DNA of 45,742 bases, the filler included, from Catajapyx aquilonaris (taxonomy: Eukaryota): assembly GCA_000934665.2 (NCBI GenBank). It is 2 parts of 2 records of this genome, joined end to end, with 100 filler letters (N's around TTAATTAATTAA, not from the genome) between each part and the next. Parts side by side here need not be neighbours in the genome. Positions count along the whole stretch, not along the records: positions 1 to 22,996 come from JYFJ02005835.1; positions 23,097 to 45,742 come from JYFJ02005836.1. One strand, given 5' to 3'. Shown here one piece after another: positions 13,591 to 26,600 of this stretch (positions are counted from its first letter, which is position 1; the number at the start of each line of letters is the position of its first letter). The translations under genes and the position numbers were made by a program. Below the pieces are notes generated by a model. It saw nothing but the letters and a program-made list of their open reading frames with translations. It was not told the DNA's origin and did not search any database.

Positions 13591-14099
13591 TTGGACCAGA
13601 ATTTCTTTAAGCGCGATTTCAACGGACGAAGTCTGTGTCGACAGACGAAAAGTTTGCTTTCAAAATATATCAAAACCTGTAACAGCAGAGGGGGCACTAC
13701 TTGAACGAAGTTTTACCTTTTGTAGTTAAGCTGAGGGACGTGCGTCTGTCTCATGAAAACCCACAGCTTTTCACTTCAAAAAAGCTTCCCGGATTTATGC
13801 GGAATTTGAACGTGTTTTCGTTTCGTAAACTGACGGGAAGAGGCTTCCAGGATGAGTGTTGTGACATGTCCTGTCCGTTCACTTGTTTGCTTTTCCTCTG
13901 CATTTCTGGGATGCCCTTAATCGCTCGGACCAGACTGAGTTAACACATTAGCACGCGCAACTTCGCCCTGAAATGTTGCATATGGCTTAATGGAACTCTT
14001 GACGGATTAGTCCTGGCACGTCCTGGCACTTCAAAAAGAACTTCTCAAAAAATATATTTGAACAAATGTTCATCAGTTCATGAAAAATTGATCCTATTC

Positions 14100-14940
14100 A
14101 GGAAATCGGGTGAAAATAATCATATCAAAAATCGAATTTTCATTCAATTGTAATCGGTTCGATAAATCGGGTTATATTATATGAAAAATCGATATTCGAT
14201 TTATTTTGAGAGACTCAATAAATCGGGTCATATTATATGAAAAATCGATATTCGATTTATTTTGAGAGACTCGATAAATCGCTCTAAATTATATGAAACA
14301 TCGATATTCGATTTATTTTGAGAGACTCAATAAATCGGGTTAAATTGTATCAGAAATCGATGTTCCATTCAATACGAATCGATTCGAAAAATGGTCTTAA
14401 AAATAATAAAAAACTTATTTTCGATTAATTTGATCCAATTCGTTTAATCGCACGAAAATATATCAAAAATCGACAATTTCATTCTGATTGATTCGATAAA
14501 TCGGACACAATTATATGAAAATTTGATTATCAATTTAATATGAGAGAAGAGAGAAGTCGTGTTCAATATTAAATCAGAAATCGAGGTTCCATTCAATTTG
14601 AACCGATTCAAAAAATATGGTAAAATTTCAAAAATTGAATTGAGATTCAATTCAATTCGATTCGATAAATCACGTGAAAATGTATCAAATTCGATTTTTC
14701 ATTACATTCTAATTGATTCGATAAATCGGGTATACCGCAATCATAATTATGAAAGATCGATTTTCTATTTAATATGAGACACTCGATAAATCGGGCTAAA
14801 TTATATCAGAAATCTATGGTCCATTCAATTCAAATCGACATGAAAAAATAATTTTAAAAAATTTGGATTTTTGATTTAATCGATAAATGTTGGTAGAATT
14901 ACATTATAAATCGACTTTATCAATTCAATAAATTGGATAA
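14100..14940. repeat. AT-rich 56-bp tandem repeat with a ~224-232 bp higher-order period
   Basis: ataaatcg recurs at 14162, 14218 and 14274; the variant atcagaaatc..g.tccattcaat recurs at 14349, 14573 and 14805. Confidence 0.75.
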
Positions 14941-15542
14941 AATATATTATAAAAAAATTATTTTAGATATCATATTTCTCCTGATTTGACTCTTTTGCAA
15001 ATAGCCAGACTTATAAGGCAACATTGAAACTTTGCTCCTAATTTTGGCCCCATTTGCATATCTAGTTAAACGCGCTAACTACCCGCATAATTAATCCTCC
15101 AAATAAAAATCACGCTGCTAATAAATAATGAATGCTCGCTAATCTAAGCAGGAGTCAGAAACGTCCACTCAGCTGACCGAAGCCATGATGTGTGGATTTA
15201 GAGCCGCGTATTAATCACATAATCCGATCAATCACTTCGCCCCCACATACAGAATTTTACCCCCCCCCCCCCTCCCTCCCTCCTCCCAAACAAGAGGGGC
15301 GGGGGGAGATGTCCACACACGCACATTATCCCATACCCGGACAGACAACTGGACCGAGAGATGGTCAGCATTGGTCAGCATACAGGGTGATCCAATGCTC
15401 AGAAAATTCAGCTTATTTTAAGCTGCTTACCGGTAATCGCAGGCACCAATTAAATCCCAGGCAGTTAATGACATTAACAGATTTTTAGAACTCATTGAAC
15501 TGACTTAAGGAGTACCAAAGAGTAAGATACTTAAGGAGTACC

Positions 15543-15826
15543 TTACTTTAGTGGGAGCTTAACGTCGGCATATTTCTGCTGCTAAGGCTAAATACCGACG
15601 CCAGGGGGTGGTCTTCCTCCTGGAAATTTGGCCACTCTGAGGATCTTTAACGTGCACTCGCGCAATGTCACAAGCACACGGGACCTACGGCATTGATTCC
15701 CCTCCGAAGGAAGGTACACTCTCACTTTTCTACCACCCAGAGAAGAGTCACCAACCTCGGCTGGGTTCGAACTCACACCTTTGGGACTAGAGGCAAGGGC
15801 GCTAAACACCAGACCACCAGGGCCGG
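15543..15826 (-). mobile_element. tRNA-derived SINE
   Basis: Minus strand begins ccggccctggtggtctggtgtttagcg (A box-like) ... gagttcgaaccc (B box). The body (ccttccttcggagggg..ggtcccgtgtgct..gtgcacgttaaagatcc) resembles arthropod SINE cores as recalled. Inserted in GGAGTACC repeats. Confidence 0.75.
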
Positions 15827-15944
15827 TACCTAAGGAGTACCAAGGAGTACCAAAGAATAAGGTGCCTAAGGAGTACCTGGGAGTACCACTGCAGGTGTAC
15901 ACCGGAGAAGCGAAGTGGTTAACCCCTCGTGGTTAGGGGGATAA

Positions 15945-16018
15945 CAGGCTACAAAAAACAACTACTATCGGACGATATCAGTTACAAAAAACGACCCACG
16001 AATTTGGAACACCCTATA
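15945..16018. mobile_element. Solo right end of the MITE family seen at 7388-7612
   Basis: gctacaaaaaacaactactatcggacgatatcagttacaaaaaacgacccacgaatttggaacacccta aligns with 7542-7610. Confidence 0.6.
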
Positions 16019-16798
16019 TAAGGGAGTCACCACAGGGCTTCACGCCACTTTCGTTTTACTATCGGACCACCCTGTCCACTAGAGTCCATCTGCAGTGTCA
16101 AACTCTCCGGAAGTGTGTCGCCTGCCATCAGCAACAACAATGACCGTCCCCCCTCATCAACTCCGTTTGAACCCATCCCACCAACATCCGAAAAATGACA
16201 ATCTGGATGGAAATCGATCTTAATTTCCGTTGGAAGTGTTGGATGCAACTTGCATTATGCACACGTGTCACATACCCCATGGCCTGGCATTTGAAGAGAT
16301 TTGTTCTGAGCTGGTTGGGGGAGGGGGGGGGGATGCTGGGGTCCAAAATCCAATCCCAGCTGCTGTCCCTCCATGTAACTGGCCGCAGCTGAGGCTTGTA
16401 CGCGACGCAGATGGCGCTATCCGGCTCATCCGTACCTGTCGCCATAATGAACGCCGCATTTCCATCCCAACTGGTCACCAATTGTCAGTTTTGCTGTCTA
16501 AAGGTTATGGGCCCGGAAATGGAAAATGGCCCGGAAAATGGTAGGGTTTGCACAAAAAGTGTGTAACCAGAGTGCTTTTCATTAGCAGTTACGTGGGTAT
16601 AGCTTACAGGTCCCTGTAGGGAGTCAAAGTTACTCGATATTCACACTTCGCAGGTTGCGTTTGCAGACACAACTTTTGAAGGTGGCCTGACTTACCGCAT
16701 TGGTAGCAAACAGTAAATTTATCTAATTGGGCGAACAATAGTGTTATTAAATATTTATAGTGTTTCTCTATAGCATCAGATTTATCACTATTTCTCTA

Positions 16799-17065
16799 CG
16801 AATCATTCCACGCAAAAAGTGACATTTCGGTGAAAACTGACATTTCCGGCTCTGAAAAGTGACATTTCCGGCTCTGAAAAGTGACATTTCCGGCGCTGAA
16901 AAGTGACATTTCGCTGAACAGTGACATTTCGCTGAAAAGTGACATTTCGCTGAAAAGTGACATTTTGGTGAAAAGTGACATTTTGGTGAAAAGTGACATT
17001 TTGGCCTACAGAATTTACTTTTGAAGACAAAATCAATTTTCTGTCCGTTACCGTGGAATGACCCC
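16799..17065. mobile_element. TA-flanked MITE with an internal GAAAAGTGACATTT tandem array (18-24 bp units)
   Basis: Inverted ends TA-cgaatcattccacg / cgtggaatgacccc-TA. It interrupts one copy of a local tandem duplication (16690-17100 vs 17129-17263). Confidence 0.7.
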
Positions 17066-17872
17066 TATAGTATAACTATCTTTGAATTTAATTCCAGACA
17101 CAATTAAACAAACTTTTGGAGGTGGGATAACTTACCGCAACGGTAGCATAAGTAGATTCATCTGACTGGGCGAACATTGTGAAATGCTTCTGTAGCATCA
17201 GTTTTAAGCACTATTTAGCCAGCTTTCTCCATGATAAAACTATCTTCGAGTTTAATTCCAGACCTTAATCAGCACCCCACCCTGATTCCGGTTTGAAATA
17301 CATCCCCTGCAGCAGATAGTCTGGGTGAAACGAGGCCAACGAGACGATTACAGGGCGCCACAAAGGAACGTCAATTACAACACCGGTACTTGACATGGCC
17401 CGAATTAAAACCAAATTGTGGATGCGAGGATCCGGAATGCTCGCAATGCCATGGAATGCACCGTGCTTTCAAAAGCCATCTCTTCTCTCTCTCCCAGCAC
17501 ATCCACACTGGTTATTGGTTTCTGTTTCACCATGTTGGATAGATCCTAGTTTTCGGTAGGGGGGGGGGGGTGTGACACTAGATATGGATTGTACTTTGGG
17601 TACGATTGTAATTAATCACTGCAAAACTGGTTTTTGCGAGGGGTGTAAAATCCATTCGTAGGGAAATAGGAAAAAAACCAGCGGAACTGCTGCACCAGCT
17701 GTCGAGGGAATTCATAATTCCGTTGATAATTATCGTCATCGCCCCAGATTTGAAGTTTGGGCCGGAGTAGGTACAGGGTGAGGCAAATTTCCTCTACTTA
17801 AAATTGCAACTCTTCAATATTAGTCACCAAACAAATTTAAAATATATTCCGATGAAAAACGAATCTACGACT

Positions 17873-18668
17873 TTTGGCTGCCGTGCCATTTGGCTGCCGG
17901 TCATCTGGTGGGCCAATTTAATCAGCTACTAAAAGGGAGCATCCAAATGACCGGCAACAGTAGTATGGCTTTACTTTTTACGGGCACACTTCGGATATAG
18001 AAGACCAGAGTCCCACGCCAGATGATCCCTGATGTTATTTTCACGACTTTTACGTCAATTTCACGCCAAACTATCGTCTCAACGGTACAATAGTCGTTAC
18101 ACTTCTTGACGTGAAATTGACGCTAAAAGTATTGAAATTGACATTAAAATAAGTCATTACATCGACTTTAAAAGTATTCAAATTGACGTTAAAATAAGTC
18201 GTTACATTGACGTTAAAAGTCGTTACATTGACGTTAAAAGTCGTGAAATAACGTCAAGGATCATCTGGCTTGGGACTCTGGTCTACCATATCCGAACTGT
18301 GTCCGTAAAAATGAAAACCATACTACTGGCAGCCAAATGGCACGGCAGCCAATTGACCGGCAGCCGTTTTAACTTTTAAATTTTAAATTTTAAATATAAC
18401 TACTTTTACGTCAATTTCACGTCAAACTATCGTCTCAACCGTACAGGAGTCGTTACACTTCTGGATGTGAAATTGACGTTGAAGGTCGTTAAATTGACGT
18501 TAAAAGTTGTTACATTGACGTTAAAGTCGTCAAAATAACATCAGGGATCATCTGGCGTGGGACTTTGGTCTACTATATCCGATCTGTGCCCGTAAAAAGG
18601 AAAACCATACTACTGGCAACCAAATGGCACTGCAAGAAATTGACACGGCAGCCAGTTGTCGGAATACC
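17873..18668. mobile_element. Nested foldback element with a duplicated right arm
   Basis: Inner inverted arms cagtagtatgg..cggatatag.agaccagagtccca.gccagatgatcc (17958-) and its complement (-18328). Outer ggctgccgtgccatttggctgcc / ggcagccaaatggcacggcagcc. 18404-18615 repeats the right half. Internal ttgacgttaaaagtcg repeats. Confidence 0.7.
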
Positions 18669-19924
18669 ATGAAAATTGAAAAGTTCGCACTATTTGAACA
18701 TAAATTTCTGGCCAATATTTCACCCATTTATAGTTAGAAAATTGTCAGTTTTTCCATACCACAGCTAATTTAGCCCCGTCATAAATAAAAAGAAAAAAAA
18801 CTAGTTTCAAGCAATGCCCTGCACCAAAACCTTGGCAATCCGTCTTTTCGACTCATGTCTCACGACAGCCAAAAAAACTTCGACCGGATTAAGTATAAAG
18901 TTTCAGGTCAAGTTTAAAGCACTTTTTTTAAGCAGAAAGCTTTAAAAAATACAACAAAATCCATTTGGCCTTCGAGTCTAGATGCTTTATGGCTTTTACC
19001 CAACTCGGTCGTGCGATTCTAGGCCTCATTTTTGTGTAGAGAATCGACAATCAGGAGCAAAGAGGTGGAGTTAAGATGGAGAAAAAAAAGTTTGACAGGC
19101 AGTTTTTTTCTCCGGGAAAAAAAATCCGGATACAAAACTTCTCCCCGGAATCCTTGGAAACGCACCCGCTGTCCCGCAAAAATTTTTGTCGGTCAGAAAC
19201 TTTGGGTAGGAAATTCCGTGTCCCCTTTTCCTGTTCCGCATAATCCGGGTCGGCTTCCGGATCTCTTCGAAAACCGCAAAGGGTCTGTCCTCAATCCGGG
19301 GTTCTGTAGGAACGGAGATTATTCCTTTCAAGATTGGGAGAGGTTCCCACTCCGAAAATTCCTCTCAGGTTTATCAGTGTCAGGTCAAAGTCCGGACCGG
19401 ATTTCTGGGAGAGATGGGAGGGGGGGGGTGTCCGGAAAAAAGTCCGGAGCACACCCTGGTTGAAAGATGTCAATAGGAGAAAAGGAATTGAATATCGTAA
19501 GGAGTGATCTATCTTCATTAAATGAAATGTACTGAAGCCATGACAGGTAGTTATTATTGGGAGTGATCGTGGACTAAAAATGGAGGCCAAGCTTGGTTAA
19601 TTAGAGAGTTTTAGAAAGTGAGGAAAAATATTTTTCACTAATGACCCTGGCAGCTTTCGGTGTGTCAATATGGACTGATTGCGATAATATAGTTAGCTAA
19701 CGAGTTGCCAGCAATTTTTCAGCTATCAGAACTAGCCAGTGCAGTGGTAGGAAATGTCTGGTACAGTACAAATATTTGGCCCAATATTCAACATGTTTGA
19801 AATATCAAAATATTCATCATTAGCAATGTTCAAAATATTCGCCATTAGAAAAATATTTAAGAATATCAGAAAAATATTTAAAATATCAGAAAATATTTTA
19901 AAATACCGGTTCAGAAAAATAGTA

Positions 19925-20092
19925 AAAAATATTCATCATCAGAAATATAGTTAAAAATATTCATCATCAGAAAAATAGTTAAAAAGATTCATCATCAGAA
20001 AAATAGCTAAAAATATTCATCATCAGAAAAATAATTAAAAATATTCATCATCAGAAAAATAATTAAAAATATTCATCATCAGAAAAATAGTT
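19925..20092. repeat. ~28-bp minisatellite (aaaaatattcatcatcagaaaaatagtt), ~6 copies with degenerate flanks
   Basis: Read directly from the sequence. Confidence 0.85.
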
Positions 20093-21247
20093 ACCATATT
20101 CACCATAAGCAAAATACTGTACGTACTGAAAACATTCACCATAAGCAAAATGTTCATCAACTTCAACAATGTTCCAAATTTTGATGGATGCTGAGGGTTC
20201 CCTTCATCGCTTGGCAAAGACTTTTCACCACAAACTGTTCTATTTAACGTCTGCCGACTCTTAATATTTCTTCCTAATGAGTACAATCCATTTGGTAATC
20301 CAAGCAAGCGAAGCTTTTACTTTCTACTGAGGAACTCGAGGGAAATCAACTGCGAGTACATTTGCGCTGCTCCCAGTCCAGAATACAAACACGGCCATGT
20401 TTACAAAGAGGAAATGTCGTTCAGGTACAAAGAGCTAGTCAGTTTGGAACGAGCCTTTCATCTTCCCACCAGGGAGAGAGGGAGAGGTGGGAGGAGGGGA
20501 GAGTGGGGGGTCTAACAGCTATTCCCACCACTGTATGCTAGATGCAGAAGCGACAAATACGGAATGAGATCCATGATCATCATGATCTCGACTGTTTGTG
20601 AGCCTCGTAACATGCACCAACCACACGTCAACTGCGAATACACTCACAGGGTGTTTCAAAATGAATTATTTTTGTATCATATTTAGAATTGCCTAGGGGC
20701 TATGCCTCTGTTTGTTCGCGATGTGCTGTATACTGCGCCATCTATGTGAGAGCTATCCGAGCTTAGTAACAACCAGAGCAGGCGACCATTCTGGAACCGC
20801 TAACGTCAATCTACAATCTAGGTGGTCACCACCAAAAACCTCATCCTATGACCAGAGCCAGCTGCAACCAGTCCAGTTCGCGAATCGCAAAAAAACCATG
20901 GCCTAGGAAATAAAACCGCAACGGAATTAGACGGTTGAGAACAAAAGGGGCTGCAAGAACTGGTGGTCAAGGGTTCTGGGGATGTTCATCAAATTACATG
21001 CCCCGTGGTCAAGGAAAAGGAGGAGAAACCAATCTGAGCACACTATCGATTTGCGGCTACCGACCATCGTCCCCGAGCATGTTCTTGATTATGACTAGCC
21101 AGGAGGACTGTTGGATTAAAACCGGAGTGTCTGCAGTGGTTAACATTAATTAGAGTTGTCGGTCGGACTTGTAATTAGCTTGTAAGTTAATGTGCAAACG
21201 TAAAATATAATAATGTCAAGAAAACCGAAGAGGCAGAGCCTACTTCA

Positions 21248-21330
21248 CCTAACCTAACCTATCCTAACCTATCCTAACGTATCCTAACGTATCCTAACGT
21301 ATCCTAACCTATCCACTGGCCTAACCTAAC
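21248..21330. repeat. Degenerate (CCTAA)n / TTAGG-like tract
   Basis: cctaacctaacctatcctaacctatcctaacgtatcctaacgt... Confidence 0.75.
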
Positions 21331-22408
21331 ACAATTTTCGATCCTACTACATCCTTGAGAAAAAATACAATCATAGGCAAGTCACAATTGAAAAGCAGTT
21401 GGAACCTGCCTATTGCAGGCCTACTTGGAAGACCACATTTGCAGGCATTTCCAGGCACCAATTAGCACCATCTGGAGGTTCAATAGATCCAAATTTGTTA
21501 GGAGGAATCAGACAAAAAGAGTCGCAGAGTCGTTGGGTTGTTTTCTGGTGACATGATCTAGGGGACCATTGGGAAGTCACCTCACGATGCGCCCTCCTTC
21601 CTTTTCTGTCTCCTTGGCCAATACAGGACGTTACGTGACGAAACTTAAGCCTCCTTGAGTCTCCAGAATGCCACAAGAGCCCCGGAGAAAAGGCTCCGGA
21701 GACACCGGGAAAAACTTATTTTCTATCCAATATATTCTCGTGGGGGCCTCTACTTCAATGTTTACGCAATCAGCAGTCCCCCGCAATTTCTAGGCCCAAC
21801 CCAATTTGTCCCACAGACTTTTCTTAGGCTGGGTTCTAGAAGAAAACTTTCCCTTCCTCGAGACTGAATGCCATTAGCGAAAATCGTGAGAGGTGTGAAG
21901 AAAATTTGCAGCAGTAATTTGGTATAATTTTGTCTGCTGAAAGTTTGCTCTTGCATGTGCTGTAGTCATTTAAGCGGTGCTTGAGAAACAATTAGTGCTT
22001 CTTGTGGGGCTGGAGGGGGTTAAACTGTCACGCCAATAGTTTTGTTGGAAAAAAAGTAGTTGCGTGTTGCATGCAATAGTCTGACAGTGAGTGAACTCGT
22101 TGCCAAAATTTTGCAAAACTTCTAATCAGTATGATAGTGACAATCAACACCTAGTACTATTCTTTACTAGTAGATGGCGCACACTATTGCACACTACTGC
22201 CACCTTGAGGTCGTGCGAGAGATATCGGCACTATAAGGTGGAACAAATATCCGACGGAGAGAATAAGCCTATTAGGAAGGTGGCAGTAGGATTCGGACAC
22301 AAGTGATCAAAAGCAGCCAAGTCCACTTGGAAAAACTGGTCATAAAATGAGCGAAAACTGATTATTACTTAACTTTCACTTTTACGTGCAAATGTTGCCA
22401 TAGCTTAG

Positions 22409-22556
22409 GTCCTATCGGATTCAAATACTTTTGGCCACTTTATCCTGGTCTTGAAGCAACCCTTCAAACACACACAACTCCTTAAAGCCGGGTCTGTGCG
22501 AAGGGTTGCTTCAAGACCAGGATAAAGTGACCAAAAGTATTTGAACCCGATAGTAC
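22409..22556. mobile_element. Short palindromic MITE, same family as 10844-10995
   Basis: ctatcggattcaaatacttttggccactttatcctggtcttgaagcaacccttc ... gaagggttgcttcaagaccaggataaagtgaccaaaagtatttgaacccgatagtac. Confidence 0.8.
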
Positions 22557-22996
22557 ATATAGTCCAGTCAAAATAGGTTTTAACCTGGAAATTTGAGATA
22601 GAAAGCTAATTTTTGGTTCAGTTGTCCTTCATGATGTTCTCAAACAGTGTGTAAAAGTCCCGGGGTGTCCGACGCTTGCTTCGTCCGGGACAACGCAAAA
22701 AGTACCTATGTGACACTAGTGCAGGAAAGATACGATAAAATGCCCCATAACCCTCTAATAAACTGCAATAGAGATGAACTTTTCACCATTTGTCCAGAAA
22801 AATGTGGAGCATAACATATCCAAAGTTCACAGCGATTGGTGGGGGGGAACCCGCCGCCATCTTGGAAAATGGCGGCGAAAAGGGGTGTTTTGGTTTGATA
22901 TTTATCTCGTAAATGACTGCATGTATGTGGATTTATGTAGAATACAAAATGAAAGATCACACTAGTTCGCACATATTCTGTCCCTATCACTATTTT

Positions 22997-23096
22997 NNNN
23001 NNNNNNNNNNNNNNNNNNNNNNNNNNNNNNNNNNNNNNNNTTAATTAATTAANNNNNNNNNNNNNNNNNNNNNNNNNNNNNNNNNNNNNNNNNNNN
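22997..23096. other. Artificial scaffold gap/linker (44 N + TTAATTAATTAA + 44 N = 100 bp)
   Basis: Symmetric N runs surround a 12-mer that places stop codons in all six frames, a known contig-joining convention. Confidence 0.92.
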
Positions 23097-23559
23097 GTTA
23101 AAATCTAGGAAAATGGAGTGAAATGGTGGTATTCCACCCCCTAAAAAGGCTCCGCCTATCACGGGGTAACTTTTTAAAAAAACTCCCAAGAGTCCACACT
23201 TTACGGGGCATCCTGTACTGAGGGAACATGTTTACATAAACGATCACGTGGGAGCAACGTGACCTTGGCATATACGACTCAACTTGGCGGGAACAGGGGG
23301 GAGGGGGGGATCTGGAGTTGCCATGGTAGTTGAGTCACAATCCAAGAGATGGCAGGAGCATATTGAACCGAGTTTGACACTGAAAAGTTCGCCTTCTCGA
23401 TGCACATCCTCGAGGGCTAAATTCACAAACCATCAGGACATCGTAATATTATGATATATTAGCCGTCAAAGGTTTAATATAAGGAGGGGGGAGGTCGGGG
23501 AGTATGATGAGGATAATTGTTGGGTGAGCATCATTAAGAACATGGCCTACACAGCAGGC

Positions 23560-23645
23560 CGCAGGCCTAGAAAACAGCGAGCGAAGCGAGTGGTTTTCTA
23601 GGCCTGCGCCCTAGGAAAAGGCGAGCGGAGCGAGGATTTTCCTAG
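23560..23645 (+). repeat. Twin hairpins with homologous GCGAGCG(A/G)AGCGAG loops ending in CTAG|T; probable Helitron-type 3' termini
   Basis: A 16-bp perfect stem (23560-23608) and a 9-bp perfect stem (23611-23645), each with a 17-nt loop. The structure is observed; the Helitron assignment is inference. Confidence 0.5.
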
Positions 23646-26600
23646 TTATTAATTAATCCTCACACGGTTTAGGCTCTTCAAAGAAAGGATAAAGTATATA
23701 TAGTAGGTGCCATGCGAACCAAACACAGAATCAAGGAACCTCTATATATATATATATCAATCAACTCGACGCCTACAGTCAAGATAATCCTACCCTCATC
23801 TTCACTGGACAAGATGAACTGTATGAGGGACCAGAACATAATGAGAAAGATTACTTATTATTCCCTTGTGCCTTACATCAAGGCAGAGAGACCGTCACAA
23901 ATTGTCGGCACACTATTTGGAGCCAGTATTATGGGATTGATGAATGACACCCAGGGCCTCCATCAGCATGGCAGACTCAGATGAAAGCCTGGCCTGATAA
24001 TATGATGGCCAATATTAGGTTGAACACAGAACACTTGATATCCCTGCAAGAAAAAGGCCACTCCACGACGAGTAGCTTCACCTTAAGCCTTATAATAATA
24101 AAGTATAACTATTACGTATAATAAATGTTGACATCAGTTAAATACTCTCCAACAGATCGTATAAGTCTGAGAATAATGAAGGATGGTCAATTATTTCCAG
24201 TTCTCTTTCATTTGAGATGTTGAATTCCGCTGGATTTTCATGGACAAATATTTAAATCATGTAACTATAATTTATATGCATTTTTAATTCCTTTGGGGTC
24301 CTAAAAGACACCACGTCACGGTTCCAAGGTCCTTAAAGCAGTCCATCCCTATAATATTACCTTCAGCCTTACCAGTAATACCGTCAAACTGGGTGAGATG
24401 GTGCCACATTTTGAGGTTTTCTTACAAGCAAACCAGAATAATTGATCTATTGGAACGAAATTTATACGCAACATTATTCCTGCGCCAACAGCAATGCCAC
24501 ATAAAACCAACCATTCACTGCGCATAAGACAACTGAAAAAGAATTGGGCAGAGTAGCCTTCTCATGGTATGTTCCCACGAAACGGCTAAATAACTATGAA
24601 TGTGATTAGGAATGGACTGTATTAAATGTGTCGTGGAGAACAAAGACAGTTTCTTCCCCCATCATGAGGCCATAATATTCGTCAATAAAAATGCCAAGTT
24701 ATGAATCCAGTCATGCTTACAAGCACTTCAAGAAGGACACCTCCTTCCCTTCCTTCACCTTGATAAAACACACTGTTTATAGTCTGTCCAAGTCACTGGC
24801 TCAAAATTATGGAAAAAAATACAATTGCAGTAATTTTCCCTTCGAAAAAGGCGGCCATACCTGGGCCATCCGATTTGTATCACATTCCTGTTTTGTCACC
24901 AAGAAAGACGTGTAGCTGTGCAATACGTGTTTCGAACATGAGCATTTTCTTTTCGGCATTCTGTCTGCTCTTATGGTACATAACTACAAATCTTTCATCT
25001 TTCATATTTCACCTCAAAATATACTGCATATTAACTGCCTGAGAAAGCGCCAATTGCATTCGTGCCATGGGATTGGAAAACCCTCTTTCTCTTTACAGGT
25101 AAGTGCTAACAGGCAGCTGCGTTGTGCCAAGGAAAGTAAATTATCACTACTACAACTCACGATTCATTGCCAGTGTCTGTTACTCCACACCCTCACAACA
25201 TGATTGACTCAACCATGTGTGACTATCCATTCATCAAGACGGAGCCAGTGGAGACGGAGGAGAGTATCCCCACAGATGGTGGTCAAGATGAAAATAAAAG
25301 TGGAGGAGGACGATGCTCTGGGACACGGACTGAAGACTGGAAGATCTCGTGCTCCGTCATGTCCGTTCGGACCAAAAGAATTGCAATCGACTCCAATAAT
25401 TGGTTTTAGAATAATTTGTCTATTATAATAATATTATTCATCGCATTATATGCCTCGTATTTCACTCAGGAAAGGAAAAGAATGTCAAATCTATCGCAGA
25501 AGTCGACGCGATGGGAGAAGCTTTGCACAAAATAATTGGAGGGCTATGAGCAACACAAGTACCGGTACTTACGCTCACCAAAATTATTACAGATGAAGAC
25601 TATGGTTACATAAGGCCACATCAGGGGGACCACATTTACAAGTAAGGTAACTTACAGTGTGGTTAGCATATAAGATATATTGTACGTCTTGTTACACCAA
25701 TGGAGGCTTGAAGAGAGGCATGACATGTAAGTTCATATGGTGAAGAGTACATATTATAGCATAATAAGCTGCTTAAACAAGCAGTAAATGTGAGTTTGGA
25801 GTATACATGCCCTATAGGGGGCAACACGAGTGCGGAGTGCAGGACTTGTGGATAGAATCACCTAATATGTGTCTGCAGGACAAGCAAATGCACTACTAAC
25901 TGCTACTCATCCCCTTCGTAACAACGACCGAATGAGATCTCGTCAAACGAGTCCATTTTGCTGCCTTTTTTCATGTAGTTTTTGTAGTACTGTATAATCA
26001 ACCAGTTAAAATACGTCACTTTATTTAAGACACAAAGCACTATTTTAGTAAGCACATGCTTGACTTGTTTTGATCCATGCCAAGAGGTCCATTCATTTCA
26101 GCTCTGGGTTCGCCAAAGGAGGTAACTGGTAAAGGTCACATTGCAATCCGTACATGCGTATGCCATGCGAACCAAATACAGACAAAAGAACCCAGCAAGA
26201 ACCCTATCCATCAAGCCACTCGACGCATATACAGTGAACCAAGCACTATTATCACAAATCAATATGCAGCATGAACGAACCACACTGGGTCTGCAATGTG
26301 GCTACATACCGCTTCATACACAAGTAATGTGTACAAAATGACGAGGGGGAGAAGGGAAGTAGACATGCCACCCAGATGCTAACTAAATTAAAGAAATGTT
26401 CCTGGTGCGGAGATGGGGTCCTCGACGAAAGTTACGTAGTACCTATGCTCAACATGCCTTCATAAGACCACTGGGGGAGCACACTTACACGTACATTGTG
26501 TTGGCATAAAATTATATTAGTACGTAAATGCAGTCAAGATATTGCAAGTTGGCATTGCCAGAAATTAATGTCATATTTGTATCGATGATCACCAAATATC

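Noticed and set aside
13101..13704. ORFs with 11-aa ILSDENVNQTR repeats; superficial CRISPR-like periodicity
   Set aside because: It is a 33-bp minisatellite: the 'spacers' are homologous to each other, there are no cas genes, and the context is eukaryotic.
16796..17036. MSLFSE / NVTFQR repeat ORFs
   Set aside because: Internal tandem array of a MITE.
19032..19463. 143-aa ORF
   Set aside because: It lies in a TCCGGA-rich repeat-like segment, has no ATG start in sequence and no recognisable motif.
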